From: a virus
DNA length: 64,000 nucleotides
Virus record (IMG/VR): IMGVR_UViG_3300031841_003468
Location: 89,712-153,711 of that record
Reading direction: 5' to 3' (one strand)
Each line of letters opens with the position of its first letter. Position 1 is the first letter of the stretch. A model generated the notes under the pieces. That model was not told the origin of the DNA. It was given only the letters and a program-made list of their open reading frames with translations, and did no database searches. Made by a program: the position numbers and the translations under genes. Shown one piece after another: positions 20,228 to 29,485 of the stretch.

Positions 20228-22621
20228 ATGACATTTTCATTTGGAGCTTTTTCATCAGCACCCTATAGTGGGTTAGCTGTACAAGAGATATACGGTAGCT
20301 GTACTATATCAGCATCGGCATCTACTTCCTCCTCTGCTAAAACAGAGGTTTCGGGAGGATCTACAATCTCTGCCAGCGGTTCCGTTGTTTCTGTTAGTAA
20401 AATTGAAACTTCTGCACAGTCAGCAATTACTGTTAATGGTGCGATTGTAAGTGATGCGGTAACTACTCCACTTGGCGTATCACTGGCTTCCGGGATTAGT
20501 TTAACTTCTAGTGGCTCTGTTGTAGTATTAAATTCATCTTCTGTATCAGCCTCAACACTTGACTTGTCTAGTGACAGCAAAACAGAAATACCATCACGGG
20601 GGGCAACATCACTTTCGGCAAGCGTTGTTACTGAAGGCTTTACTAGAACATTAGGTTCTTCAATAGCTTCTTCTGTCTTATCTACGTCTATTCAGGGTAA
20701 AACAGAAATACCATCACAGGGGACAACATCACTTTCGGCAAGCGTTGTTACTGAAGGCTTTACTAGAACACTAGGTTCTTCAATAGCTTCTTCTGTCTTG
20801 TCTACGTCTATTCAGAGTAAAACAGAAATACCATCACAGGGGGCAACATCACTTTCGGCAAGTGTTGTTACTGAAGGTTTTACTAGAACATTAGGTTCTT
20901 CAATAGCTTCTTCTGTCTTATCTACATCTATTCAGGGTAAAACAGAAATACCTTCTTCTGCATCTGGTATAACTATCGGATCTGTTGTTTCTATTGGTAT
21001 ACCTTTAACACTAGCGTCTTCAATAACTCCTGCTGTTGGTCTTGTGTCTTCAGGTTCTGTTATTTCACTAAATTCATCTTCATTGTCTGCATCTAGTGGT
21101 TCATTTGTGCCTGAAGGAAAAACTACAATACCTTCAACATCCACAACATCTGCATCAGGAAGTATTAGTAGTGAATCATTTATTAGGCTTAACTCACTTT
21201 CCAGCCTATCTGGTTCTGGTAGTACAAGTGCTAACTCTGTAATTACATCATTTGGAAACTCGAATGTTAGTGCGTTAGCATCATCAACTCCTGATAGTGC
21301 AATACAGCTACTTCAAGAAAGTAGTATACAGGGTAGCGGAACAACATCGTTTGCTGGAAAAATAACTCCTCTTGGTAGTTCTGATATTAATGGTGGATTG
21401 AATGCTGTTCTTGGTACTGCAACTACACCCATTATTGTTATACCTACTCAGGGTACATCACTAGCAAGTGGCATAAATATTACCGCCAGTTTAATTAATG
21501 TATTTGGTGAAACCATAAAGGCTGGTGCCTTCCAGATTTCTTCAAATGGAACTATTGTTCTAAATCAAGAATCTTCAGTAAGCACATCTGGTTCTATTTT
21601 ATCTAACGGGATTGTTCAGCCATTAGGATCTTCCAGTACTAATCTATCTGCAAGCACTAATGCACACGCTAGATTAGAAACATTTGCAACTTCCGCACTA
21701 AACTCCTCAGGTATATCTGCATTTACTGGATTTATAACACCGCTTGGTTCATCCACACTAAATAATAGTGGTGTATTTACATCTGATAATCATATAGAAA
21801 TATCTTCGCTGTCAACTGTCCAATCTTTAGCCTCTACTTCTGCTAAGGGTGGGCTAATTATTCATCTTTCAGAAGAATATAGTGCTGCCTCATCATTTAC
21901 ATCTCAGGGTTTTTGTGTATTAAATAACAGCATAACTGGCGAATATATCTTATCAGATCAATTTGGAAACCCAATTACTGACCATCTAGGTAACTATATA
22001 GTTATGTCAGCCGATGGTGCAGTTTCAGATGCTCTTGTACAAAGCAGAATGATAGTTCAGCCTTTAGGTACTACAACTATGGGTGGAACATTAATTCAAA
22101 CTAGCGAAGCAAAGACTATTATTCCTAGTATTGCATCTGGCAGCGTAAATGCTAGCATCTCCTCTCAGTCATTCATTGAAATGGCTAATGACGCAACCTT
22201 GCCAACTTCACTATCTTTAGACATGCATACAATTATAGAAATGTTTGGTGAAGGATCTCAGAGTGCAAATGTAACAATAGTCCCACATGCAGCGACTGTA
22301 GTCAGAGGTTATTCTACTGCAGTTATTGAGGCTTTCTCAGCTTCAGTGGGCAAAATAACAATTCCTGTCACATCAACTCCTCAGGGTGTAGCACGATTCG
22401 TTAAGGCTAAGCTTTCTAGCCTGTACGAAAATCCTGATATTATAGATATAATTGTGTATATTAACTTAGAGGAAACTATGGATGTGAACATCAATAAGAT
22501 TGAGGACGGTATTACTGCAAATATTACTAAAACCAACAGTATTACCAAGAATATAACAAAACAATCCGGCTTCACAGCCACAATCGAACGTTCAAACTCA
22601 CTAACAGCAACAAGAGGTTAA
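20228..22621 (+). CDS. Ser/Thr-rich repetitive fibre-like protein
   Basis: Extremely S/T/G-rich with ~20-aa periodicity and an FGAFSSAPYS N-terminus. Confidence 0.6.
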   Translation: MTFSFGAFSSAPYSGLAVQEIYGSCTISASASTSSSAKTEVSGGSTISASGSVVSVSKIETSAQSAITVNGAIVSDAVTTPLGVSLASGISLTSSGSVVVLNSSSVSASTLDLSSDSKTEIPSRGATSLSASVVTEGFTRTLGSSIASSVLSTSIQGKTEIPSQGTTSLSASVVTEGFTRTLGSSIASSVLSTSIQSKTEIPSQGATSLSASVVTEGFTRTLGSSIASSVLSTSIQGKTEIPSSASGITIGSVVSIGIPLTLASSITPAVGLVSSGSVISLNSSSLSASSGSFVPEGKTTIPSTSTTSASGSISSESFIRLNSLSSLSGSGSTSANSVITSFGNSNVSALASSTPDSAIQLLQESSIQGSGTTSFAGKITPLGSSDINGGLNAVLGTATTPIIVIPTQGTSLASGINITASLINVFGETIKAGAFQISSNGTIVLNQESSVSTSGSILSNGIVQPLGSSSTNLSASTNAHARLETFATSALNSSGISAFTGFITPLGSSTLNNSGVFTSDNHIEISSLSTVQSLASTSAKGGLIIHLSEEYSAASSFTSQGFCVLNNSITGEYILSDQFGNPITDHLGNYIVMSADGAVSDALVQSRMIVQPLGTTTMGGTLIQTSEAKTIIPSIASGSVNASISSQSFIEMANDATLPTSLSLDMHTIIEMFGEGSQSANVTIVPHAATVVRGYSTAVIEAFSASVGKITIPVTSTPQGVARFVKAKLSSLYENPDIIDIIVYINLEETMDVNINKIEDGITANITKTNSITKNITKQSGFTATIERSNSLTATRG
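20579..20952 (+). repeat. 120-bp in-frame tandem repeat, 3 copies plus a partial fourth
   Basis: AACAGAAATACCATCAC...TCTATTCAG recurs at 20581, 20701, 20821 and partially at 20941 with only a few substitutions; encodes a 40-aa unit (KTEIPS..ATSLSASVVTEGFTRTLGSSIASSVLSTSIQ). Confidence 0.95.
22452..22468 (+). promoter_or_regulatory. Putative intragenic late promoter for the neck genes
   Basis: TTGTGTATATTAACTTAG matches the intergenic motif, including the YA at the same offset. Confidence 0.5.
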
Positions 22622-22623
22622 TA

Positions 22624-22932
22624 ATGGCCATAAACGAAATTCATGTAAATGATATCGGTACAGTCTTCAAATTGACTGTAAAAGACGGCACTAGTGTTGT
22701 CGATCTTTCTTCCAATACGGGCTTAACCGTTATTTTCAAGAAGCCTAGCAATGCAAAACTAGAGCAGACTGCAGTGCTTACTAATACTGGAACTGATGGC
22801 CTTATCGAATATACGATAGCTGAAGGCGACCTAGATGAATCTGGTACTTGGCAGATACAGGCTAAGGTTCAGATTAGTGATGGAACCTTTTATTCTGATA
22901 TCCACACTTTCAAAGTACATAGAAACCTATAA
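22624..22932 (+). CDS. BppU N-terminal-like Ig-fold adaptor protein
   Basis: Pattern DIGT.F.LTV...FKKP...DGLIEY...GDLDESGTWQIQAKV typical of this domain type. Confidence 0.65.
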   Translation: MAINEIHVNDIGTVFKLTVKDGTSVVDLSSNTGLTVIFKKPSNAKLEQTAVLTNTGTDGLIEYTIAEGDLDESGTWQIQAKVQISDGTFYSDIHTFKVHRNL

Positions 22933-22943
22933 GGAGAACTTTA

Positions 22944-23456
22944 ATGGCTTGGCAAAATGAAATGACATTGATCGTTCGTCACCTAGTTAACGATCTAGAT
23001 AGCTCTAGTTATACATTCCAAGATGACAGAATCCAAGAAGCAATCCTTGTTTCTGCTCAGCTAATGGTTAATGAACTAGACTTTGAAAAAGAATACACTA
23101 TTGAGGTTGATGGTGCAAGTCTAAGCCCAGATCCAACTGAGGGTACTAAAGACGATCCATTTATCTCTCTTGTAGCTCTTAAATGTGCCTGCATCCTAAC
23201 TGGCAGTGAGCTCAAAACTAAATCACTAAGTGCCATGTCTATCAAAGACGGCCCATCAGCCATTGATACTCGTGGTATTGTTCAAGGTCTTAATATTATT
23301 TATACAGACCTATGTAGCAAATATGAAACAGCTAAGCTACAATACTTAGCAACTAGAACTGTCAATGGAACAGCTATTCTTTCTCCATACAGTTCACCAA
23401 ATTACAGTTATCCAAGAAGTACTGGTGGAACTCACCGTTCTGGAGATTTTATTTAA
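22944..23456 (+). CDS. Putative head-tail adaptor
   Basis: Helical VRHLVND...FQDDRI N-terminus and S-I-K-D-G hairpin; first gene of the neck cluster. Confidence 0.6.
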   Translation: MAWQNEMTLIVRHLVNDLDSSSYTFQDDRIQEAILVSAQLMVNELDFEKEYTIEVDGASLSPDPTEGTKDDPFISLVALKCACILTGSELKTKSLSAMSIKDGPSAIDTRGIVQGLNIIYTDLCSKYETAKLQYLATRTVNGTAILSPYSSPNYSYPRSTGGTHRSGDFI

Positions 23457-23481
23457 TTTTTAATCCTTAAGGAGATTTATT

Positions 23482-23694
23482 ATGGCAGACGTAGCAATCA
23501 AAGCAAAAACTGCAGCCACTCAACCTAATGGTGGTCGTGCCGTTGTTTCAGTTCCTAAGGCAGGTATTGCCAATGGCCAAAACGTACTAGCTTCACCAAT
23601 CGGTGCACTAGATGACACTGTGGCTAACATGGATACTAAGCTAGACAACAGATTTGATGATGTTAGATATTACTCAGGCGATCTAATTACTTAA
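23482..23694 (+). CDS. Small hypothetical (probably virion) protein
   Basis: Strong TAAGGAG RBS and operonic position. Confidence 0.65.
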   Translation: MADVAIKAKTAATQPNGGRAVVSVPKAGIANGQNVLASPIGALDDTVANMDTKLDNRFDDVRYYSGDLIT

Positions 23695-23712
23695 TTTTAG
23701 AGGTGTAGTCAA

Positions 23713-24228
23713 ATGGCTATAGATATCCCAGCAGATGTATTTAACATCTATAATGAAGCAGTACAGCTATTTATCAGAAAGGCTAAATTAATCTACCCGG
23801 CTAAAAGGGAAGAATGTCCTAACTGCTACGTAGCTAACAATCACTATGGTGGAAGATCTACCTCCAAGTATAAAACTGGAGGGCCAGATCCATTTTCCGC
23901 TGGAATGACCTGTCCTGTATGTCACGGTCGTGGATATAAAGAAGTAGAAGCATCAGAAGAAATTGATGTTAGAATTTATTGGGATAGAAGAAGCTGGACT
24001 GATGTAGGTATTGATAATCTTGACTTACCTAATGGTGCTATCCAGACTATTGGATATATGAGCGATTTAGGCAAGATAGAAAAAGCAAAATACCTAGTTC
24101 CTCAAAACTATGGTAATATTTCAAATCATCATGAAATGAAATTCCAAAGAGTAGGGACATCATATCCACAAGGATTTAAGCAGAACCCAACAAAATATGT
24201 TGTAACATTTTGGGAGATGGTTAAATAG
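23713..24228 (+). CDS. Putative head closure/stopper protein with an inserted Zn finger
   Basis: CPNC...CPVCHGRG motif within a beta-rich ORF in the neck cluster. Confidence 0.55.
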   Translation: MAIDIPADVFNIYNEAVQLFIRKAKLIYPAKREECPNCYVANNHYGGRSTSKYKTGGPDPFSAGMTCPVCHGRGYKEVEASEEIDVRIYWDRRSWTDVGIDNLDLPNGAIQTIGYMSDLGKIEKAKYLVPQNYGNISNHHEMKFQRVGTSYPQGFKQNPTKYVVTFWEMVK

Positions 24229-24229
24229 G

Positions 24230-24862
24230 ATGGTCAAAAAAGGACTTACAATAGTAGAGACTAATGCTCAAATTGCATTAAAGATGAACAAGGAAATAGC
24301 AGCCTATCTAAATAGAATGGCTAAGGCTAAGTATGGCTACATTGAAGGCAAACTTAAGCCTGTTGTTGCAAGTGCAATAGCGAGCTCTCCTGAAATATCA
24401 TCACTACAAAGCGGTAAATTGAAGATGGACTTTGGATTAAATCATGACCCTACACAAGGAATTATTACCGCTATCACTGAAACAGTAGAAGTTAAACTTG
24501 GTACTGGCATAAGCCCTAGATCTCTAAAGGGAACATTAATCACCATTAACGTACAGCCAACAAGCTTAAGCAATTTATTAAATCAATCTTTTGCATTTCA
24601 GCAAACCGAAGAAGGATATTTGCTTCCTTGGTTTAGATGGTTAACTACAGCGGGTGATACTCCTGTAGTTATGGATTATGATGTTTCTTATGGAAATTAT
24701 AGGCAAAGTAGGGCAGGTGGAGCTATAATGAAGAAGGGTGGTGCATTTCGTGTAGACCCAACATATTCTGGTACAAGAGAAGAAAACTTTATCTCCAGAG
24801 CACTATCTAGTAATGCTCTACTTAGAGAAATAGATAATATACTTACAAAGGCATTTAAATAA
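24230..24862 (+). CDS. Putative neck / tail completion protein
   Basis: Synteny; LPWFRWL..G and GTREENFISRA C-terminal pattern reminiscent of HK97 gp10-like proteins. Confidence 0.5.
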   Translation: MVKKGLTIVETNAQIALKMNKEIAAYLNRMAKAKYGYIEGKLKPVVASAIASSPEISSLQSGKLKMDFGLNHDPTQGIITAITETVEVKLGTGISPRSLKGTLITINVQPTSLSNLLNQSFAFQQTEEGYLLPWFRWLTTAGDTPVVMDYDVSYGNYRQSRAGGAIMKKGGAFRVDPTYSGTREENFISRALSSNALLREIDNILTKAFK

Positions 24863-25821
24863 TGGCATATAACAATCAACTAAAAGGGATCGTTAATACA
24901 TCAGATGTTAATCTGACTACAATCCTCATGGAAAACATGATTGGTTTTTTAGATCATGGTTTAATTAACGCTGGTTCTTTCTTTAATGTAGAGCGTGGAG
25001 ACATGGGTCTTTATAACGCATCGGAAGCCAAGCTAAGAATGGTGCAAGACCCTAGATATACAGACGGTCAGGTTTGGGAATCATATAGATCTAACTGGGT
25101 ATGGGAAACTGGATTAGACTCTTCAGATGATCCAATTTCTATTTCTGGCGTATGGGTTAATGGTAGTTATTATGAAAATGGCAATGTGAGCAAACCTTTC
25201 CATATTGATTATCCTAATGGTCACGTAGTATTTGATACTCCACTTGCTTCAACAGACCTAGTGGAAGTCAACCATAGTAATAAATGGGTTAAAGTTATGC
25301 CTCAGAGAGGTATGCCTTGGTTTAGAGAAATACAAACTGGTTCTTTTAGAAATGATAATCCTCACTTCCTTCAGTCTGGATCAGGCGAATGGGCACAATT
25401 AGCAGAGACTAGAGTTCAGCTTCCTGCTATTGGGGTAGAGGTTGTCCCGAATAGATCGTTTAGACCATATCAGATTGGTGGTACTCAGTGGGCTATGACC
25501 GATGTTATTTTCCACATTGTTGCTGAAGAAGAGTGGGTAGCCGCCAATTTAACAGACATTATATCCTATCAAAACGATAGAACAATCGTATTATTCGACA
25601 GTAATCAGGTAGCTGCTTCCGGGTCGTATCCTCTTGATGTAAACGGCTCAAAAACTACTAATGCCAATACAGAAGCACAATATCCTCAGTATGTAGATAC
25701 TTATCCATACCAGAAGTGTTTTATTACTAACACTAGAGGACAGGGGATTACACAGATAGCCCCAGAGCTGTATATAGGCACTGTTCGTTGCACAACTGAA
25801 GTAGAAATGACAAATATTTAG
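24862..25821 (+). CDS. Putative tail terminator protein with an inserted domain
   Basis: Directly upstream of the tail tube gene; QLPAIGVE...YQIGG motif. Confidence 0.5.
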   Translation: MAYNNQLKGIVNTSDVNLTTILMENMIGFLDHGLINAGSFFNVERGDMGLYNASEAKLRMVQDPRYTDGQVWESYRSNWVWETGLDSSDDPISISGVWVNGSYYENGNVSKPFHIDYPNGHVVFDTPLASTDLVEVNHSNKWVKVMPQRGMPWFREIQTGSFRNDNPHFLQSGSGEWAQLAETRVQLPAIGVEVVPNRSFRPYQIGGTQWAMTDVIFHIVAEEEWVAANLTDIISYQNDRTIVLFDSNQVAASGSYPLDVNGSKTTNANTEAQYPQYVDTYPYQKCFITNTRGQGITQIAPELYIGTVRCTTEVEMTNI

Positions 25822-25836
25822 TCAAAAAAACTCATA

Positions 25837-25853
25837 TTGTGTATTTTATTGTA
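25837..25853 (+). promoter_or_regulatory. Putative late promoter (TTGTGTAW motif) for the tail tube gene
   Basis: TTGTGTATTTTATTGTA in the gap, followed by a short ACTTTT-GCCA-AAAAGT hairpin in the predicted leader. Confidence 0.7.
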
Positions 25854-25931
25854 TACCACTTTTGCCAAAAAGTACGAAGGATAGTTTTTTAATACGTATT
25901 ACTATAACTAAACTTTTGGAGAATTTTTGTT

Positions 25932-26942
25932 ATGGCCAATAAAAGAATTTTTTATGCTTGCCAAGCCGTAGCTATCACAACCCAAGACGGTTCCGTTGGA
26001 GCTGGGAATGTGATGAAAGGTGTCCAGAGTGTTGGTATTAATACCAATATTTCTCTAGACCAAGTTTTCGAGCTAGGTCAAGCAGCCATTTATGAAAATA
26101 TAGAAGAAGTTGCCGAAGTTGAAGTAACCATTGAAAAGGTTCTTGACGGGCACAAACTTCTATATAACGCTGCTGCTCCATCTGGTGGCACTGATATCGT
26201 TGCTGCTTCTGCGGAAGAATGTGACGTTTATCTAGCTATTTATGCTGATAGTGCCAACGCAATCGCTTCAACTAATAAAGTAAACGTCGTAGCCTGCCCT
26301 AAAATGGTAGTAGGTTCTGTTTCTTATAGTTGGACTGTTGACGGAACAGCAACTGAATCTGTTACCCTAGTCGGTAACGATAAGGTCTGGAATACCCAAG
26401 CTAGTGATCTAATGAGTGCCGATGCAGACACTAAGTATGCAGACGGTCTTGCCACTGGTATTGATGGAACTCACAGCCCTCTACACGCAGCCGCTGGCTC
26501 TGGTGTTGTTCGTAGAAGCAACGTTTATAGTCACGGTGATGGTGGTGCCGATTGGCCTGCCGCTGTTTTGACTAACGGTACTGCTGGTAGTCGTCGTGTT
26601 CAATCTATCAGCATGAGTGCTGACTTTGGACGTGAGAACATTCTAGAACTTGGCTCTTTCGGGCCTTATTGCAAGTACGCTAGTTTCCCATTTGAAGTTT
26701 CAGCCGAATTTGAAGTTGTTTCTTCTGGTGGTGACTTAGTTAACGTTTCTGGTACTGGTAAAAACCTAGGTACTGGTGAGACTATCACCGTTACTGACCA
26801 AGCTGGAACTGTTGTCTCAGGTGACAACTTCAAGCTAACTGGAGTTTCATACTCTGGTGGAGATACTGGTGGCGGTAACGCTAGTGTTACTTTTAGCTAC
26901 TCTACTTTCAATAGCTTCACAGCTACTAACCCATCTGCCTAA
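25932..26942 (+). CDS. Major tail tube protein (two tandem tube-like repeats)
   Basis: Internal duplication GVQSVGINTNISLDQVFELG / RVQSISMSADFGRENILELG, high-expression codon bias, position upstream of chaperones and tape measure. Confidence 0.75.
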   Translation: MANKRIFYACQAVAITTQDGSVGAGNVMKGVQSVGINTNISLDQVFELGQAAIYENIEEVAEVEVTIEKVLDGHKLLYNAAAPSGGTDIVAASAEECDVYLAIYADSANAIASTNKVNVVACPKMVVGSVSYSWTVDGTATESVTLVGNDKVWNTQASDLMSADADTKYADGLATGIDGTHSPLHAAAGSGVVRRSNVYSHGDGGADWPAAVLTNGTAGSRRVQSISMSADFGRENILELGSFGPYCKYASFPFEVSAEFEVVSSGGDLVNVSGTGKNLGTGETITVTDQAGTVVSGDNFKLTGVSYSGGDTGGGNASVTFSYSTFNSFTATNPSA

Positions 26943-27079
26943 TAGCGGATAAGTAGAATAGCAATAAAGACTTTTTATAGCGATAGCTAGATTTACAGAT
27001 AAATATATAGGATAGAATTTGTCTAGCAAGTAATATTAAGTCATGATTAGGGATAATAGGAAGGAACTTTTTTTTAGCT

Positions 27080-28129
27080 ATGGAACAAGAGCAAAAAGAA
27101 GCTATAACTTACAGGATAATTTCTGGCGAATTTAGATTTCGTTACGGTGACATGCGTCTCAAGGTGATTGAGCCAGACAGTTCATTGATGTATGAAGCCA
27201 GCGAAATATATAAAGAAGCATTTGAAGATGCTTATCTACAGGGTCTCTATACCGAGCAAGAAAGACTTGATCTTCTGCTAAAGAACAATCTATGGTCTCC
27301 TCTTGACGATAAACATGCAGAATCTCTCTCTAAAGAAATTGATGATCTTAAGGTAGAATGTTTTAAGAACTTTTGGAACAAAAGAGAGCTTAGAGGATTT
27401 AAAAACTCTCTTAGAAGAAAAGAAAAAGAGTGGCAGGAAGCCCTTATGAAAAAACATCAGTTTTCCGATGTTAGTATTTCTGGCTACGCATCTGCCGCCA
27501 AATGGACTTATATAATTAGTAATTCAACATATCATATGAATGATGAAAAGTGTTTGTTTGAAAACGTAACACTTCCAAAAGTAGTTCAAACATATCAGTC
27601 CAATAAAATAAAAGACTCCGAAATAAGAGAGTGTGCAAGATCTACTCCTTGGAGCGGAATGTGGGGTGCGGCTAACCGAGAAGGCTCTTTGTTCGGAAAA
27701 CCCACAGCTACCCTAACAAGAGAGCAGCTACTTATATGTCAGTATTCTAGAATGTATGATGGAATATATGAAAACCCGGATGCTCCTGATGATAAAATAA
27801 TTGAAGACGATGACGCATTAGACGGATGGATGATATCCGAAAGAAAGAAACGAAAAGAAGAAAAAGCCAAAAGCGAAGCAGAGCAAATGATTGGAAATAG
27901 TAAAATTTCCGGTGCCGGAGAAGTCTTTGTAATGGCAGACTCAATAGAAGAAAGAGAAAAGATTATGTCTCTTAATTCAGCTGAGTCTAAAAATATCATT
28001 GCCGAAAGGAATGCAAGATTAGAACAGGAAGGATCTCTGGTTGATGCCCAACTTCCAGATGTCCAGCGGGATTTGCTGGTTCAGCAAAACGAAGCATTTA
28101 TATCAAATATGGGCGGTAACAAAACTTAA
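27080..28129 (+). CDS. Putative tail assembly chaperone (long paralogue)
   Basis: Between tube and tape measure genes; N-terminal ~115 aa align without gaps to 28505..29377. Confidence 0.55.
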   Translation: MEQEQKEAITYRIISGEFRFRYGDMRLKVIEPDSSLMYEASEIYKEAFEDAYLQGLYTEQERLDLLLKNNLWSPLDDKHAESLSKEIDDLKVECFKNFWNKRELRGFKNSLRRKEKEWQEALMKKHQFSDVSISGYASAAKWTYIISNSTYHMNDEKCLFENVTLPKVVQTYQSNKIKDSEIRECARSTPWSGMWGAANREGSLFGKPTATLTREQLLICQYSRMYDGIYENPDAPDDKIIEDDDALDGWMISERKKRKEEKAKSEAEQMIGNSKISGAGEVFVMADSIEEREKIMSLNSAESKNIIAERNARLEQEGSLVDAQLPDVQRDLLVQQNEAFISNMGGNKT

Positions 28130-28145
28130 TTTTAAGGAAAATTAG

Positions 28146-28502
28146 ATGGACAATTTTAATGATCTATTAAAGCAGTCTCTCGACTACAAGCAGAAGAGAG
28201 ATAGCAGGTATAAGGAGGTCTCTAAAGATCGCCTTTGTAAGATCGCTAAAAAGAAAGTTCAAACAACTATGATTGGCTCTCTTTCTAGCATCGAAAAACA
28301 TTTAGGATTTTTATGGGGTCACGGCGAAGCCGTTGAGGACTTAACCCCAGAACAGGCTGCAGTCAGGGCACTATTTGAAGAAGCACGAGCAGAAATTCTT
28401 GATCGTGGTAATACTCAAATCAGAAATCTAGAAACTGAGCTTGTTAACTACGATATAACTTGGAATAAACAAACTACTAATCTAAGAATGAAGGACAACT
28501 AA
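28146..28502 (+). CDS. Hypothetical helical protein in the tail assembly cluster
   Basis: Operonic ORF with RBS; no motif recognised. Confidence 0.65.
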   Translation: MDNFNDLLKQSLDYKQKRDSRYKEVSKDRLCKIAKKKVQTTMIGSLSSIEKHLGFLWGHGEAVEDLTPEQAAVRALFEEARAEILDRGNTQIRNLETELVNYDITWNKQTTNLRMKDN

Positions 28503-28504
28503 AA

Positions 28505-29377
28505 ATGGAACGTATTATAAAAAGTGTAAGCCTAGAAGGAAATGAAGTATCTGTCAAGGTTATCTCCCCCAATGCTAAAGCAGTTAGAGATGGACAGGCA
28601 GCATACAATAAAGTATTTAGAGAGTCTCTAGAAAACGGTTCTTTATTGCGTCAAAAGCTTGGCGAATACATGGAAGAGCAGGGACTATGGGACGAAGCCA
28701 AAGAACTGAAATACGCTGAAATTATGCAAGCTATTGCTCAAGATGAAGAGACACTACAGTCTGGTGGTATTCCTTTGTCCGAAGCTAAAGAAATTGCATT
28801 TGGACTTAAAGCAAAAAGAGCACAGTTCACCGAACTTATTTCTGAAAGAAATCAGCTAGACGCTATGACCGCAGAAGGAACAGCAGACAATGCTCGTTTT
28901 AACTCTTTGGTTGTTTCTTGTGTGCTAAATCTTTCTGGTGGTCAAATTTGGAATAGTATTGAAGATTATGACTTAGAAGCAAATGAGCCTTGGGCTGTCG
29001 AAGCTGCAAGTGCTTTAGCTAACATGATTTATGGTATTGATGAAAATTATGACCAGACTAGAGTTGAGCATAAATTTTTAGTTGAATATAAATTCACCGA
29101 CGAAAAAGGTAGACGCATTAATGAAGAAGGCCATCTTGTAGACAATGAGGGTCGTCTAATTAATGAAGAAAACCATTATATTAAATATGATGATGAAGGT
29201 AATGAAATTAGAATTACCAAAGACGGTGAAGAAATGGACGAAAATGGAAATGTAGTCACAAAATTTTCTCCATTTTTAGATGATTCTGGAAAACCAGTTA
29301 CTCCTCCTTCTGAAGAAGAAAAGGAAGAGCCAAAAAAACCTGCCAGAAGAACACGAAAATCTACGGCAAAAAGCTAA
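28505..29377 (+). CDS. Putative tail assembly chaperone (paralogue with D-x-x-G repeats)
   Basis: Paralogous N-terminus to 27080; C-terminal DEKGRRI/NEEGHLV/DNEGRLI repeats. Confidence 0.55.
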   Translation: MERIIKSVSLEGNEVSVKVISPNAKAVRDGQAAYNKVFRESLENGSLLRQKLGEYMEEQGLWDEAKELKYAEIMQAIAQDEETLQSGGIPLSEAKEIAFGLKAKRAQFTELISERNQLDAMTAEGTADNARFNSLVVSCVLNLSGGQIWNSIEDYDLEANEPWAVEAASALANMIYGIDENYDQTRVEHKFLVEYKFTDEKGRRINEEGHLVDNEGRLINEENHYIKYDDEGNEIRITKDGEEMDENGNVVTKFSPFLDDSGKPVTPPSEEEKEEPKKPARRTRKSTAKS

Positions 29378-29380
29378 TTT

Positions 29381-29397
29381 TTGTGTAATTATAGGTA
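29381..29397 (+). promoter_or_regulatory. Putative late promoter (TTGTGTAW motif) for the tape measure operon
   Basis: TTGTGTAATTATAGGTAG directly after the preceding stop codon. Confidence 0.65.
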
Positions 29398-29423
29398 GGG
29401 TAAGCTCTACAAACGGTTAGTGC

Positions 29424-29485
29424 AAGGTATGCGGATAGTGTTTAAGATAACAATGTATTACTCACTATTCGTATACCTTTTTTTT
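29424..29485 (+). terminator. Terminator/attenuator-like hairpin in the tape measure leader
   Basis: 17-bp stem AAGGTATGCGGATAGTG / CACTATTCGTATACCTT (two G.U pairs), 22-nt loop, then a T run. Confidence 0.65.

Noticed and set aside
20579-20952. Possible CRISPR array or DGR template/variable repeat pair
   Set aside because: Units are contiguous in-frame 120-bp duplications with no unique spacers or adenine-specific variation, and no cas or reverse transcriptase gene is in the window.
29360-29400. Programmed -1 frameshift at the end of the gene preceding the tape measure
   Set aside because: GCAAAAAGC has only five A's (not a canonical heptamer) and the -1 frame stops within a few codons.
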